NCBI GenBank assembly: GCA_017962315.1
Contig: JAGCVN010000023.1
Coordinates: 11,738 to 75,737 of the forward strand
DNA length: 64,000 bases
Origin: Kiritimatiellia bacterium
GTDB lineage: Bacteria > Verrucomicrobiota > Kiritimatiellia > RFP12 > UBA1067
Direction: 5' to 3'
Numbering within the stretch: position 1 is the stretch's first letter; every line of letters starts with the position of its first letter. Of this stretch, positions 40,829-50,820 are shown piece after piece. A program made the position numbers and the translations under genes. The notes beneath the pieces were generated by a model. The model worked only from the letters and a program-made list of their open reading frames with translations. It ran no database searches and was not told where the DNA came from.

Positions 40829-43644
40829 TTCCTTTCGTAAACACCCGTTGTTCGTCCCCATGACTGGAGTTTCGATAGCGATGATGGCAACGCCAATTTT
40901 CGCGACACCACCTCAAACAATTCGCCGTCGATCACTTTGTCAAAGGCGACGCGGAAACCTTTCTGCGCGAGATCCACACCGGTAGCGGACGCGACGTGCG
41001 CAGCGTCGGCCAGCCGGGTGACGATGTAGGTTTCGTCTGGTTCAAGTCCTTTGACGACGACAATGCGTGACGATTCCGCCGCGTTCTGTCGAAACACGCC
41101 GACGATCCCGCCGGAGCGCGTGGTCGTGTTGATGCGCGCAAAGCCGTCCCAGCGCCCCTCTCCGGGCTCGCCGAATCCAGGCAGGTCCTGGCGGTATGCC
41201 ATGAAGCCATGCCGTTCGCCCGCCTCGCAGAACGCCTCCACGAGGCGTTTCAGCTCCGCCCGCGCATCCTTCGGGACGCGGCGCGGGTCGCCGAGCATCA
41301 CCGGCATCGCGCCAGCAAGCGACTTGAACGCAAGGATGCGGTTCGGGTCGTCGATCCACAAGTTTCCGATGACGAGCGCGGACGTGGGTACGGACAACGC
41401 ACGTTCCCACGCAATCCGCCGCATCCTGCAGGGCAGCGTGTCAAGCCGATGCCGATTGTTTCCGCGCATCCCCTCGCCGATGTTGGAGAGCCAGTTGCCG
41501 TCCGCATGGCGCAGAATCCCGTAATCGACGAGCTGGAGCTTGCCGGCGGACTCGAACGTGCAGTCGATGTACGCGCCCGGCGCGGCACGGTGGACGCGGT
41601 CGAACATGGCGAGGCAGTTCGAGTAGATTACATCGAACGACTCCGGGCGGTCGCGGTGTCCGGGATGGTCCTTCGCGAAGCAGCCGCTCCACGCGGGGTC
41701 GTAGATGTAGGCGCTCGTCGCGATGGCGAGGTCGAGCTTGATGTACGAAAGGCCGTACTCCTTCGCGTGGCCGGCGATGATTCCGCCGAGGTAGTCCTTC
41801 CAGCCCGTGCCGAAGCAGGCCGTCGCGTCGCGGCTCCCCGGCGTGTGCAGGTTGGCGATGCGCCCGTCCGCGCTCCGCACCAGCCATTCGGGATGAGTCT
41901 TCATCAACTCCGCGTTCGCGGATATCTGCCCGAGGCAGAAGTAGAGCGCGGGACGCATCCCCAGCTCGCGGATGCGCGCGAACACAGGCTTCAGACCGCG
42001 CGGGAACTTGTTCGTGTCGACGGCGTAGTCGCCGAAGCCGAACGCCAGCCCACTGGGCGTCTTGTTCGCGTGCGTCGCCCAGTCCGCAAGGAAATCCGTC
42101 ACGCCGCACTCCGCCGCGGCCTCGGCGAGCGACAGTACCAGTTTCTCGTCGAAGCGGTGCGTGAACGGCTCCCACGAGCTGTAGACGAGCATCGGACGGA
42201 GCCCGCGCGCGGGCGCGTCCAAAGATGCGATCGTGCGCACATGGTCGGCGACCGTCCCGAAGATCGCGTCCTCGGGTCCGTACGCATCGGCATACGGCAC
42301 CGTGAACACCGCCGCGCTGCGCCACGATTCGCCGGGCTTGAGCCAGCGGCGGAACGGATGCGGCGCGTCGGGCGTCGTGGTGCCGACGCGCAGGGAACGC
42401 CCGTCCTCGAACACGCCGGTGCGCTTCAGCACGCTCGCCGTCTCGTTTCCGACGACCATGCCGAACGGACGCGGCCGTCCCGCGTCGTGTACTGCGACAA
42501 GCGGGTCTTCCCAGTCGCCCACGTAGGGGCCGATTGCGCGGAAGCGGGCGTAGCGCCGGTAGATGTCGGAATGCGTGACCCAGAACGTCGTGGCGAAGTC
42601 CTCCACGTTCACGGACTCCACGCGCACGTCCGCCTTGCCCGTGTTCCGCACTTCTAGTGTCTTCGAGACGAGCGGCGTATTGGGGTGCGCGGCGTAGGCA
42701 AGGCTCACGGAAAGCGTCCCGTCGGGACGCTCGAACGAAAGGACGGTGGTAAGCGTACCGTCCGAAGCGCACTGCCGCGCAACATACGGGTTCACCCATT
42801 CGTCCTGTCCCGTCAACAGTTTGCCGTCCACCATCAGCGAGAACTCGCGCGAGCCGGCTCGAAGATAGTGTTGGCGCGTCCGTACAAGCTGGTACGACGC
42901 CGAACGGACGTGTCCGTCCGAGGCATCGACCTCGCGGACGATTAGGCCGTTGTCAACCACGGTCGTCCTACCGGACACCATCGCGGCTGGCGGAGGAACG
43001 CCAGACTTGCCATTCTTGTCATCCAGCTCGTAAAACGCGATCTCCGAGAGGCCCGCATAGTTGCCGAGATAGGATTCCTCCGCATGGTGGTTACTTGTGA
43101 CGACAATCTGAAAATACCGTCCACACACCGGCGCGGGAAAACGGAAATCCTCGCCCGTATAGGAATCGCCGACCGTCGCCTTCGTGAACGCCGCATCCGC
43201 GACGAACCGTCCCCATGCGGCACCGGCGTCGAAATACGCGCCGCCCTGCGGAGGCATCGTGTCGCCCACGTAGATCCGGGCGGTCCTGACGCCGCGCCCG
43301 GCATACGACTTGCCGTTGAAAAACTCGTTGTAGTTCCAGAGGCGGAAACCACTCACGGTTTTCTCCGTGCCGAGATCGAACGCGATCCACGTTTCGACGG
43401 TATTGTCGCTCAGCCAGGCGCATTCGGTCGAGTCCGTGGATGCGACGCTGGCGGCCGTCACGGGCTTGGACGACATTCCCGACCCGTTGATGACATTCTC
43501 CGGCGCACGTACGTCTTTTCCCGATTGGTAGTAATCCTGGCTCGTCGCACGCACGGGCGAAACAAGACGCTCGGCATCAGCAATGAGAGCACAGATTGCG
43601 AAAATCGCGAGAGCAATCATTGTTTTTGTGTTCATTCTATCCAT
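40825..43644 (-). CDS. N-terminal discoidin (F5/8 type C)-like domain fused to a GH36-like (clan GH-D) alpha-galactosidase-type catalytic region
   Basis: Signal MNTKTMIALAIFAICALIADA. Discoidin-like: AWLSDNTVETWIAFDLGTEKTVSGFRLWNYNE. GH36-like architecture: N-terminal beta-sandwich, then a TIM barrel with ECGVTDFLADW, GMRPALYF, EYGLSYIKLDLA. Confidence 0.5.
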   Translation of the reverse strand: MDRMNTKTMIALAIFAICALIADAERLVSPVRATSQDYYQSGKDVRAPENVINGSGMSSKPVTAASVASTDSTECAWLSDNTVETWIAFDLGTEKTVSGFRLWNYNEFFNGKSYAGRGVRTARIYVGDTMPPQGGAYFDAGAAWGRFVADAAFTKATVGDSYTGEDFRFPAPVCGRYFQIVVTSNHHAEESYLGNYAGLSEIAFYELDDKNGKSGVPPPAAMVSGRTTVVDNGLIVREVDASDGHVRSASYQLVRTRQHYLRAGSREFSLMVDGKLLTGQDEWVNPYVARQCASDGTLTTVLSFERPDGTLSVSLAYAAHPNTPLVSKTLEVRNTGKADVRVESVNVEDFATTFWVTHSDIYRRYARFRAIGPYVGDWEDPLVAVHDAGRPRPFGMVVGNETASVLKRTGVFEDGRSLRVGTTTPDAPHPFRRWLKPGESWRSAAVFTVPYADAYGPEDAIFGTVADHVRTIASLDAPARGLRPMLVYSSWEPFTHRFDEKLVLSLAEAAAECGVTDFLADWATHANKTPSGLAFGFGDYAVDTNKFPRGLKPVFARIRELGMRPALYFCLGQISANAELMKTHPEWLVRSADGRIANLHTPGSRDATACFGTGWKDYLGGIIAGHAKEYGLSYIKLDLAIATSAYIYDPAWSGCFAKDHPGHRDRPESFDVIYSNCLAMFDRVHRAAPGAYIDCTFESAGKLQLVDYGILRHADGNWLSNIGEGMRGNNRHRLDTLPCRMRRIAWERALSVPTSALVIGNLWIDDPNRILAFKSLAGAMPVMLGDPRRVPKDARAELKRLVEAFCEAGERHGFMAYRQDLPGFGEPGEGRWDGFARINTTTRSGGIVGVFRQNAAESSRIVVVKGLEPDETYIVTRLADAAHVASATGVDLAQKGFRVAFDKVIDGELFEVVSRKLALPSSLSKLQSWGRTTGVYERK

Positions 43645-43679
43645 TATCTAGTCGGATTTACCGGAATCGTATCCACTCC

Positions 43680-46181
43680 CTATTTGAACGGCTTGATCGT
43701 CGCACCGTCGATAACGGTAAAACGCGCGTCGCACCAGTCGGCGTGGTCATAGGTGATACCGTCACCGGTGTCGCAGGCGGAGAGTTCCACGACCTTGGCG
43801 CCGGAGAGATCCGCATGAAGCGGATACGGGGGCGTCCCGGCGTGCATGACCGGCGACTCGGCCACGCGCTTTCCGTCTGCGTCCACGACGAACTTGACGC
43901 TTCCCAGATCTTTGCCGGCCGCCGCATCCACGCCCACCATCGCATCAAACGCAAGCACCTTCCCGTCGCAGTCGATTTCGTAGTGCGAAACGGCGTGCGT
44001 ACCCACACCGCGCTTAAATGCCGTACCGCCGGGACGGAGCGCCTTGCCGACGATGGAACGGTTCTTCATGGGCTTGCCCCATCCGCACCCCATGCCGGAA
44101 AGATCCATCTCGTCAAACCATACGGTATGCGTGGCCGGTGCCCCATGCGGGGACGACACGACGCCTCCAACACGCCTGACCTCAAATGCAGCCGAATCAA
44201 ACTTGCCGGAAAGTTTCACACGGATTCCCTTCTCCATGAGGTCGCACCCGGTGCGTGGAAGCGTGGGAAATTCGGCGTGAAGTGTTGCGCCCTTGTTGAT
44301 TTCGGCTACGGCGTACGTCGCGTCAGGATCCAGCCCGCGCAGACGCAGTGTCTCCTCCGCCACGATGTTCCCGTTGAGTCCGAGTGCGAACAACGCCGCG
44401 CCGGATTTGTCCTCGCTCACGTACATGAGGGCAGCCATCTTCCCTCCATATGGAGAAACGAGACGGTAGAGGTCGCCGCACTGTACGATCGGACGGATGC
44501 GCTTGTAGTCGTTGACAGCCGCCTTTGCGAGAGCGACATCGGACGAAGAGAGGTTCTTCGGATGCAGCGAGATTCCAAGACGTCCGGTCATGGCCACGTC
44601 CAAGCCGTACTTGAGATTCGCGCCACCCCTTGTCACATCGCAAGCCATCGCGCCAGCGGGATAGAACTGCGTGGAGCCCCACTGGATGAAGATACGCCGG
44701 TACGGATCGGTGATGTCGCTCGTCCAGAACTCGTCCGCATAACGCAGGAAACCGAAGTCCATGTGTCCGCCGCCGGAAGCGCACGCCTGCGTCATGATGT
44801 GCGGACGCTTGGTCTGGAACTTCGACAGAAGGTCGTAGAGGCCGATTGTATAGTCGTACCACAGGTTCGCCTGGCGGTCAGGCTTGAGGTAGGTCGAGCC
44901 GGGGTTGACGATGTTCTGGTTGCAGTCCCACTTGATGTAGGCAAGCGCGGGGATGGAGGAATAGACGGCGTCAAGCTGTGCGAAGATGTTGTCACGCACT
45001 GCGGGATTCGTGAAGTCCAGCGTCACCTGCGAGCCGCCGCGTCCGAAGAGGAGCGCACGGTTCTCCTCGCGGAGGATCCAGTCGGGGTGCGCCTCGGCGA
45101 GCCAGCTCTTCACGTTGCACATCTCGGGTTCCACCCAGAGACCGAACTTGAAGCCGCGCTTGGCGGCCTCGTCCGCGAGCCAGCCGAGGCCGTGGGGCAG
45201 CTTCTCCTCGTTCACCACCCAGTCGCCGAGGCCGGTCTTGTCGCGATTCTTGTCGTCGCGGGCGTACTTGCCCTTCCCGAACCAGCCGTCGTCGATGACG
45301 AGCATCTCCGCGCCCATATCCTTCACGCCGTCCATCATATCGATAAGCGTCTGCTCCGTGAAGTTGAAGTACGCCCCGTACCAGGTGTTCAACAGTACCG
45401 GGCGCAGCATATCGCCGTGGGGCATCAGGTGGCGGCGCGCCCAGCGGTGGAACTGACGCGACACCTCGCCCCTGCCCTTCTCAGACCAGACGAGAATCGC
45501 CTTCGGCGTCGTGAAGGTCTTGCCCGGATCGAGGACGTACGGGCCGGTCTCCATGTCAACACCGATGAACACCTCCGTCGCACCTCCGTTCCAGCTGCGC
45601 CGCACGCGCTTTTCGGTCGTGCCGGTCCATTCCAGTGCGACGCCCAGCACCTTGCCCCGCTCCTCGTCCACATTGTCCCTGAAGCTCACCATCATCGCCG
45701 GGTTCGACTCCCATGCGTCGCGGGTTCCGGCGAGCGACCGGAACTGCGCGATCTGTCCGTTCGCGACGGTCGCCTCCGAGAGGTTCGCCTCCCTTCCCCA
45801 CACGCCGGTCAGCGTGAGCACCTTCACCACGTCGGCCTTGCAGTCGATCTTCGACGCGAAGCTGTCGGCCCTGAGAATCCTGACCGGGCCCTCTTCGTCG
45901 TGGCGCACCTCGTACCACGTCTCCACGGCGTCACAATCGTTCCATGTCTTCACATAGCGCGTCACGTACACAGGATAGTACTCGTCTTTGAGATTCACGG
46001 TGGACAGACGTCCGCCTTCGACGGCGGTCTCCGTCCGTCCGGTCTCCTTCAGCCTGAGCGTCACCGCACCGTCGGCATGAACCACCTGAAGTCCCGCATG
46101 TTTTACAATCTCCCTCTGCGCACTCGGCATCACCTGTCCGAAGGAGAGCAGCCATGCCATTGCAATGTCAAACCCCGTCAT
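43680..46181 (-). CDS. GH36 alpha-galactosidase with a C-terminal NPCBM carbohydrate-binding module
   Basis: GH36 blocks: LLNTWYGAYFNFTE, EMLVIDDGWFG, FGLWVEPEM, AYIKWDCNQ, CASGGGHMDFG. C-terminal NPCBM block: GWGKPMKNRSIVGKALRPGGTAFKRGVGTHAVSHYEIDCDG...DGITYDHADWCDARF. The start is uncertain (ATG 46181 chosen; the track start is 46283). Confidence 0.85.
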   Translation of the reverse strand: MTGFDIAMAWLLSFGQVMPSAQREIVKHAGLQVVHADGAVTLRLKETGRTETAVEGGRLSTVNLKDEYYPVYVTRYVKTWNDCDAVETWYEVRHDEEGPVRILRADSFASKIDCKADVVKVLTLTGVWGREANLSEATVANGQIAQFRSLAGTRDAWESNPAMMVSFRDNVDEERGKVLGVALEWTGTTEKRVRRSWNGGATEVFIGVDMETGPYVLDPGKTFTTPKAILVWSEKGRGEVSRQFHRWARRHLMPHGDMLRPVLLNTWYGAYFNFTEQTLIDMMDGVKDMGAEMLVIDDGWFGKGKYARDDKNRDKTGLGDWVVNEEKLPHGLGWLADEAAKRGFKFGLWVEPEMCNVKSWLAEAHPDWILREENRALLFGRGGSQVTLDFTNPAVRDNIFAQLDAVYSSIPALAYIKWDCNQNIVNPGSTYLKPDRQANLWYDYTIGLYDLLSKFQTKRPHIMTQACASGGGHMDFGFLRYADEFWTSDITDPYRRIFIQWGSTQFYPAGAMACDVTRGGANLKYGLDVAMTGRLGISLHPKNLSSSDVALAKAAVNDYKRIRPIVQCGDLYRLVSPYGGKMAALMYVSEDKSGAALFALGLNGNIVAEETLRLRGLDPDATYAVAEINKGATLHAEFPTLPRTGCDLMEKGIRVKLSGKFDSAAFEVRRVGGVVSSPHGAPATHTVWFDEMDLSGMGCGWGKPMKNRSIVGKALRPGGTAFKRGVGTHAVSHYEIDCDGKVLAFDAMVGVDAAAGKDLGSVKFVVDADGKRVAESPVMHAGTPPYPLHADLSGAKVVELSACDTGDGITYDHADWCDARFTVIDGATIKPFK

Positions 46182-46364
46182 GTTCCCGACTCCGTTTCCG
46201 GCCTCCACAGATTCCGATGTCGCCTCAGGCCACAATGACCTGCAAATCGCGCCGTCATGCCTCTGCACACGGAAGCCACACATCAGTCTAGCAAAACGGC
46301 ACGACTTACGAAAGAGAGAAATGTCGGTGAATCAGCCAGACGAGGAGTCCTTATCGCTGTACGC

Positions 46365-46393
46365 TTGCCAGTCCCGCCGGAAAGGTGTATACT
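46365..46393 (+). promoter_or_regulatory. Candidate promoter of ispF-cysS giving a leaderless or near-leaderless mRNA
   Basis: TTGCCA (46365-46370), 17-nt spacer, TATACT (46388-46393), then 7 nt (TCCGCCC) before ATG 46401. There is no Shine-Dalgarno sequence. Confidence 0.45.
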
Positions 46394-46400
46394 TCCGCCC

Positions 46401-46916
46401 ATGTTTCGCACGGGTATAGGTTACGATTCCCATCGTTTCGCGGTGGGAAGGAAGTTGGTGCTGGGAGGTGTGGAGATCCCCTCTGAAAAGGGGCTTTTCG
46501 GACATTCCGACGCCGACGTGTTGATTCATGCCCTGATCGATGCACTGCTCGGCGCAGTCGCGGACGGAGACATCGGAAGCCATTTCCCCGACACGGATGA
46601 AACCTGGCGGGGTGCGGACAGCCGTGTCCTCCTGAAGTCCGTCGTGGAGGAACTTCGCGCGAAGGGCTGGCGCATCGTCAACACGGACGCCTCCGTCCTC
46701 GCCGAACGCCCCAAGCTCCGTCCTCACGTCGAATCCATCCGCGCCTCCCTTGCGGAAACGCTGGGAATCGACGCCGCCCGCGTCTCCGTCAAGGCGAAGA
46801 CGAACGAAGGTATGGACGCCGTCGGCAGGGGCGAGGGAATCAGCGTGTTCGCGGTGGCGACCGTCGAATCGACAGAAGAAGGGAAGAAAGGAAACGACCA
46901 TGCAGATCTACAATAG
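46401..46916 (+). CDS. ispF: 2-C-methyl-D-erythritol 2,4-cyclodiphosphate synthase
   Basis: MFRTGIGYDSHRF, GHSDADVLIHALIDALLGA, GDIGSHFPDTD and KAKTNEGMDAVGRGEGI are canonical IspF blocks. The part of the track ORF upstream of 46401 is not IspF-like. Confidence 0.9.
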   Translation: MFRTGIGYDSHRFAVGRKLVLGGVEIPSEKGLFGHSDADVLIHALIDALLGAVADGDIGSHFPDTDETWRGADSRVLLKSVVEELRAKGWRIVNTDASVLAERPKLRPHVESIRASLAETLGIDAARVSVKAKTNEGMDAVGRGEGISVFAVATVESTEEGKKGNDHADLQ

Positions 46917-48303
46917 TTTGTCGCGCAGCAAAGAGACATTCATCCCGTTGAAACCCGGATTTGCCGGAATGTACACGTGCGGCCCGACGGTTTACAATTT
47001 TGCGCATATCGGCAATTTCCGCGCCTACACGTTCGAGGATGTGTTACGCCGCGCGCTCGAACTGAACGGTCTCGAAGTGAAACAGGTGATGAACCTGACC
47101 GACGTGGACGACAAAACCATCCGGGGTTGCCAGCAGACCCAGCAACCGCTGAAATCGTTCACCGCGCCGTACATCAAGGCATTCTTCGACGACCTCAAGA
47201 CGCTGAATGTGCAGCCCGCCGCCGTCTACCCCGCCGCGACAGACCACATCCCGCAGATGCTGGCCCTGATCCAGAAGCTGTTCGACAAGGGACTCGCCTA
47301 CGTCTCGACGGACAAGTCTGTCTACTTCAGTGTCGCGAAGTTCGCCTCTTACGGCAAGCTCGCCCACCTCGACCGCGAGAACATGCGCGTCGGCGCCCGT
47401 GTCGCGGACGACGAGTATGAAAAGGACGGCTACGGCGACTTTGCGCTCTGGAAGGCGTGGGAGCCGAGCGATGGCGATGTCGCCTGGGATTCCCCCTGGG
47501 GGCGAGGCCGCCCCGGCTGGCACATCGAATGTTCCGCGATGTCGATGCAGTACCTCGGGGAATCGTTCGACCTCCACACCGGCGGTATCGACAACCTCTT
47601 CCCGCACCACGAAAACGAAATCGCCCAGGCGGAAGGCGCCACTGGAAAACCTTTCGTAAAGTACTGGATGCACTGCGCACACCTCCGCGTGAACGGCGAA
47701 AAAATGTCCAAGTCGCTCGGCAACTTCTTCACCCTGCGGGACCTTCTTGAAAAGGGATATACCGGGCGCGAAATCCGCTACGTCCTCATCAACGCGCAAT
47801 ACCGCCAGCCGTTGAACTTCACCTTCGATGCGCTCGCCGCCGCCCGCGCCTCGCTCGCCCGCGTGGACGAGTGTGTGGACGCGCTGACGGAAACCGCCGG
47901 AAACGCCGTTCCCGCCGCCGCGCCGGAATGGGCGGCCAAGGCCTACAACGCCTTCCTCGCCGCCGTCAACGACGACCTGAACACGCCGGAGGCGTTCGCC
48001 GGACTCTTTGAACTTGTCCATGCCGCGAACGTTGCCATGAAGGAGAAAAACCTTGCACCGGAAGCGGCCGCCGCTACGCTGGGCCTTCTCGACAAGATGG
48101 ACCACGTGTTCGGGTTGATCCGTTTCGGGCGGACGCCGAAGGACGAGGCGATCCCTGCCGACGTCACGGCGCTCATCGAAGCCCGCGCCGCCGCGCGCGC
48201 CGCGAAGAACTGGGCGGAGTCCGACCGTCTCCGCGACGAAATCGCCGCGAAAGGATACGTCGTCCGCGATTCGAAAGAAGGCCAGAAGGTCAAAAAGGCG
48301 TAA
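46900..48303 (+). CDS. cysS: Cysteine--tRNA ligase
   Basis: [32 protein letters not shown] (HIGH region), GWHIECSAM, and [12 protein letters not shown] (KMSKS). The start at ATG 46900 overlaps the ispF 3' end by 17 nt. Confidence 0.95.
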   Translation: MQIYNSLSRSKETFIPLKPGFAGMYTCGPTVYNFAHIGNFRAYTFEDVLRRALELNGLEVKQVMNLTDVDDKTIRGCQQTQQPLKSFTAPYIKAFFDDLKTLNVQPAAVYPAATDHIPQMLALIQKLFDKGLAYVSTDKSVYFSVAKFASYGKLAHLDRENMRVGARVADDEYEKDGYGDFALWKAWEPSDGDVAWDSPWGRGRPGWHIECSAMSMQYLGESFDLHTGGIDNLFPHHENEIAQAEGATGKPFVKYWMHCAHLRVNGEKMSKSLGNFFTLRDLLEKGYTGREIRYVLINAQYRQPLNFTFDALAAARASLARVDECVDALTETAGNAVPAAAPEWAAKAYNAFLAAVNDDLNTPEAFAGLFELVHAANVAMKEKNLAPEAAAATLGLLDKMDHVFGLIRFGRTPKDEAIPADVTALIEARAAARAAKNWAESDRLRDEIAAKGYVVRDSKEGQKVKKA

Positions 48304-48311
48304 GCCGTGCG

Positions 48312-49571
48312 ATGACCGTTTCTTTCAAGACGTTCGGTTGCCGGTTGAACCGGGCGGAAACCGTCCGGTTCGAGCAGGCGTTTGCCGAGGCGGGCGTCGC
48401 GACCGTCCCGTTCGGCGAATCGTCGGATATCGTCGTTATCCACACGTGCGCGGTGACGCAGACGGCGGAGAGCGAATGTCTCCGCCTCGCACGTTCCCTC
48501 CGCCGGAAGAACCCCGGCGTCTTCCTGGTCCTCTCCGGTTGCGCCGCTGAATCGGCGAAGCCGGAAACGCTCGCCTCGCTGGGGATGGATTTGATCGTCC
48601 ACCGGAACGGTCGCGACAAGCTGGCCGCCACCGTGCTGGACAGGCTGGCGGAACGCGGCAGCGTCGACCTTCCCGAGACCGCCGCCCCTCCGAACGGGAC
48701 CAAGCTCCACCGCGCCTTGCTCAAGGTGCAAGACGGCTGTTCCTGTTTCTGCACGTACTGCATCGTTCCCCACACGCGGGGGGTGCCGCGAAGCCGTCCA
48801 TTCGAAGCGTGTCTCGAGGAAGCAGGGCGATTGCTTGCGGAGGGGTTCCGGGAGATCGTCGTGGTCGGTTGCAACCTCGCGTTCTACGAGGATGGCGGCC
48901 GGACACTGCCCGACCTCCTGCGCGCGTTGACGGGACTTTCGGGTAACGGGCGCATCCGGCTCAGTTCGCTCGAACCGGGGAAGTGCGAACGCGAAGTCGT
49001 CTCCTTGATGGCGCAGGAACCCCGTCTCTGTAACTTTCTGCATCTTCCCCTGCAAAGCGGATCGGATCCCGTCTTGAAGCGGATGGGGCGTGGATACTCG
49101 GTCGCGGAATTGCGCCGGGTGCTGGACACCATCTGCGAACAAGTCCCGATGCTTGGGCTTGGCGCGGATTTCATCACCGGTTTTCCGGGCGAGACCGAGG
49201 CGATGTTCAACGAGACGAAACAGTTGATCGAGTCATACCCTTTCAGCAACCTGCACGTCTTCCCCTACAGCGAACGGCCGGGGACGCCCGCCGCCGCCTT
49301 CGACGGGAAAGTTCCTCCCGAAACGCGAAAACGCCGGGCGCATGAACTGATCGAATTGCGTGAACAAAAGAAAGCCACATTCGCGAAACGGCATCTTGGA
49401 AGAACCGTCGATGTGCTGGTGGAGCGGATTCAGGACGGATCGGCAAGCGGCTGGACGGAAGACTATCTGGAATGCCGGTTCGAGACCACCCCTCCCCCCC
49501 GGCAAGGCGAACTGGTCAAGGCGGTCCCCTACGCCGTGGACGGCACCGCGCTGCTCGCCAAGGGCGTGTGA
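48312..49571 (+). CDS. Radical-SAM methylthiotransferase, MtaB/MiaB-like tRNA-modifying enzyme
   Basis: N-terminal MTTase domain (FKTFGCRLNRAE, VIHTCAVT), radical-SAM cluster motif CSCFCTYCIVP, and a C-terminal TRAM-like region. Confidence 0.8.
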   Translation: MTVSFKTFGCRLNRAETVRFEQAFAEAGVATVPFGESSDIVVIHTCAVTQTAESECLRLARSLRRKNPGVFLVLSGCAAESAKPETLASLGMDLIVHRNGRDKLAATVLDRLAERGSVDLPETAAPPNGTKLHRALLKVQDGCSCFCTYCIVPHTRGVPRSRPFEACLEEAGRLLAEGFREIVVVGCNLAFYEDGGRTLPDLLRALTGLSGNGRIRLSSLEPGKCEREVVSLMAQEPRLCNFLHLPLQSGSDPVLKRMGRGYSVAELRRVLDTICEQVPMLGLGADFITGFPGETEAMFNETKQLIESYPFSNLHVFPYSERPGTPAAAFDGKVPPETRKRRAHELIELREQKKATFAKRHLGRTVDVLVERIQDGSASGWTEDYLECRFETTPPPRQGELVKAVPYAVDGTALLAKGV

Positions 49572-49619
49572 CAAACAAGCAAATACAGGCGTCCTCGTTT
49601 GCCGCCAACGGATCGTGTT

Positions 49620-50732
49620 CTATTTCCGCCGCACAAGGAACAGGTATTCCGTGACTTTGAGCGGGCGGGCGCGGAGATTCCGGCTACCCCGGAAGGCGTT
49701 ATATTCGATCTCAAGGGGCTTGACATCGCCAAGCCTACCCAGAAACACGAGAAGGCGGTCTTTCGGAATGAATCCTTCGGAATTGTAGGACACCAACAAG
49801 TACTTCGCGGGCGTCGCCTCAAGCAGACGGTAAAACGTCTCTTCCGCGACGTGCCGTTTGTTGTAACACGAACGGTTCCACCCCTCCACGATTCCCGCCA
49901 CCTTGCTGACACGTTCCGGAGGCTTGTAGTCAACGAGCAGATTCAGCATGAAGTAGTTTGAACCGTACGGATGCTGGTTGTACGGCGGATCGAAATAGGC
50001 GAGGTCGACCGGTTCAATCGACTTCACGACCTCGTTGGCATCGCCGCGAAGGATGACACTCTCGCACTCGAAGTTCGACAACACCGGTTTCCGCAGTTCG
50101 ATTTTCGCACAGATGCGCGAGCGGGCGTTCCTGCCCTCGCCGCCGAATTCCCCGATTCCCCGCCTGTTTTTGTAGAACCCTTTGAACACGCCGGAGGTGT
50201 TGGCGTGTACCGAGGCTTCGGCGAGGAGCGGCGCAAGGATGAGCGCGAAAAATTTCGTCGGCACGACACGGTCGATGGCGTTCCGTGCCGAGTCGAGCAA
50301 GACGGCATTCTCCCGTGTGTAGAACGCACGTTCACCGCGTTGAATGTCGGTGTCGTCCCGCGGCGCGTACAACCGGCCGATCATACCGGGGGAAAGACAG
50401 GAAAGGGTGGATTCGCGCCATTTCCGGAAAACCGCCTCGAACTCGTTCCAGTCCACCGAAGAACGGTTGGTCAGGTAACACCGGTTGACGACTTCGCTGT
50501 ATCGTTCCAGATCGTTCGCGATGACGAGGGAGGCGTGGCGTTTCATGAAACGCGACACAATCCCGCTTCCCGAAAAGGCATCAAAGAAGGAAAGTCGCGA
50601 CTTTCCGAGCGTTTTTTTGACCGTTTCCACACCCTCGCCGATAAACCGGAGAAGCGCGCGTTTGTTTCCGAGGTAGGTCAGGATCTGTGAAGAGAGATAA
50701 TCCTCCGACTCTTCCCGCAAGGTGTGTGGCAT
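49620..50732 (-). CDS. Orphan alpha-class (Dam/D12-like) DNA N6-adenine methyltransferase
   Basis: D12-type N-terminal motif TYLGNKRALL, SAM-binding motif FFDAFSGSGIVS, and catalytic FDPPYNQHPY after a central variable (TRD-like) region. This is the order expected for alpha-class N6A methyltransferases. The start is ATG 50732 or the track start 50804. Confidence 0.7.
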   Translation of the reverse strand: MPHTLREESEDYLSSQILTYLGNKRALLRFIGEGVETVKKTLGKSRLSFFDAFSGSGIVSRFMKRHASLVIANDLERYSEVVNRCYLTNRSSVDWNEFEAVFRKWRESTLSCLSPGMIGRLYAPRDDTDIQRGERAFYTRENAVLLDSARNAIDRVVPTKFFALILAPLLAEASVHANTSGVFKGFYKNRRGIGEFGGEGRNARSRICAKIELRKPVLSNFECESVILRGDANEVVKSIEPVDLAYFDPPYNQHPYGSNYFMLNLLVDYKPPERVSKVAGIVEGWNRSCYNKRHVAEETFYRLLEATPAKYLLVSYNSEGFIPKDRLLVFLGRLGDVKPLEIEYNAFRGSRNLRARPLKVTEYLFLVRRK

Positions 50733-50820
50733 GGTCCCGTCCAACTTCGCACTCCCCCTACCCGTCCTTGTCACGGCATCCGGCGTGCGTCCGACGCCGG
50801 ACACATGTCACCAGCCCTGT

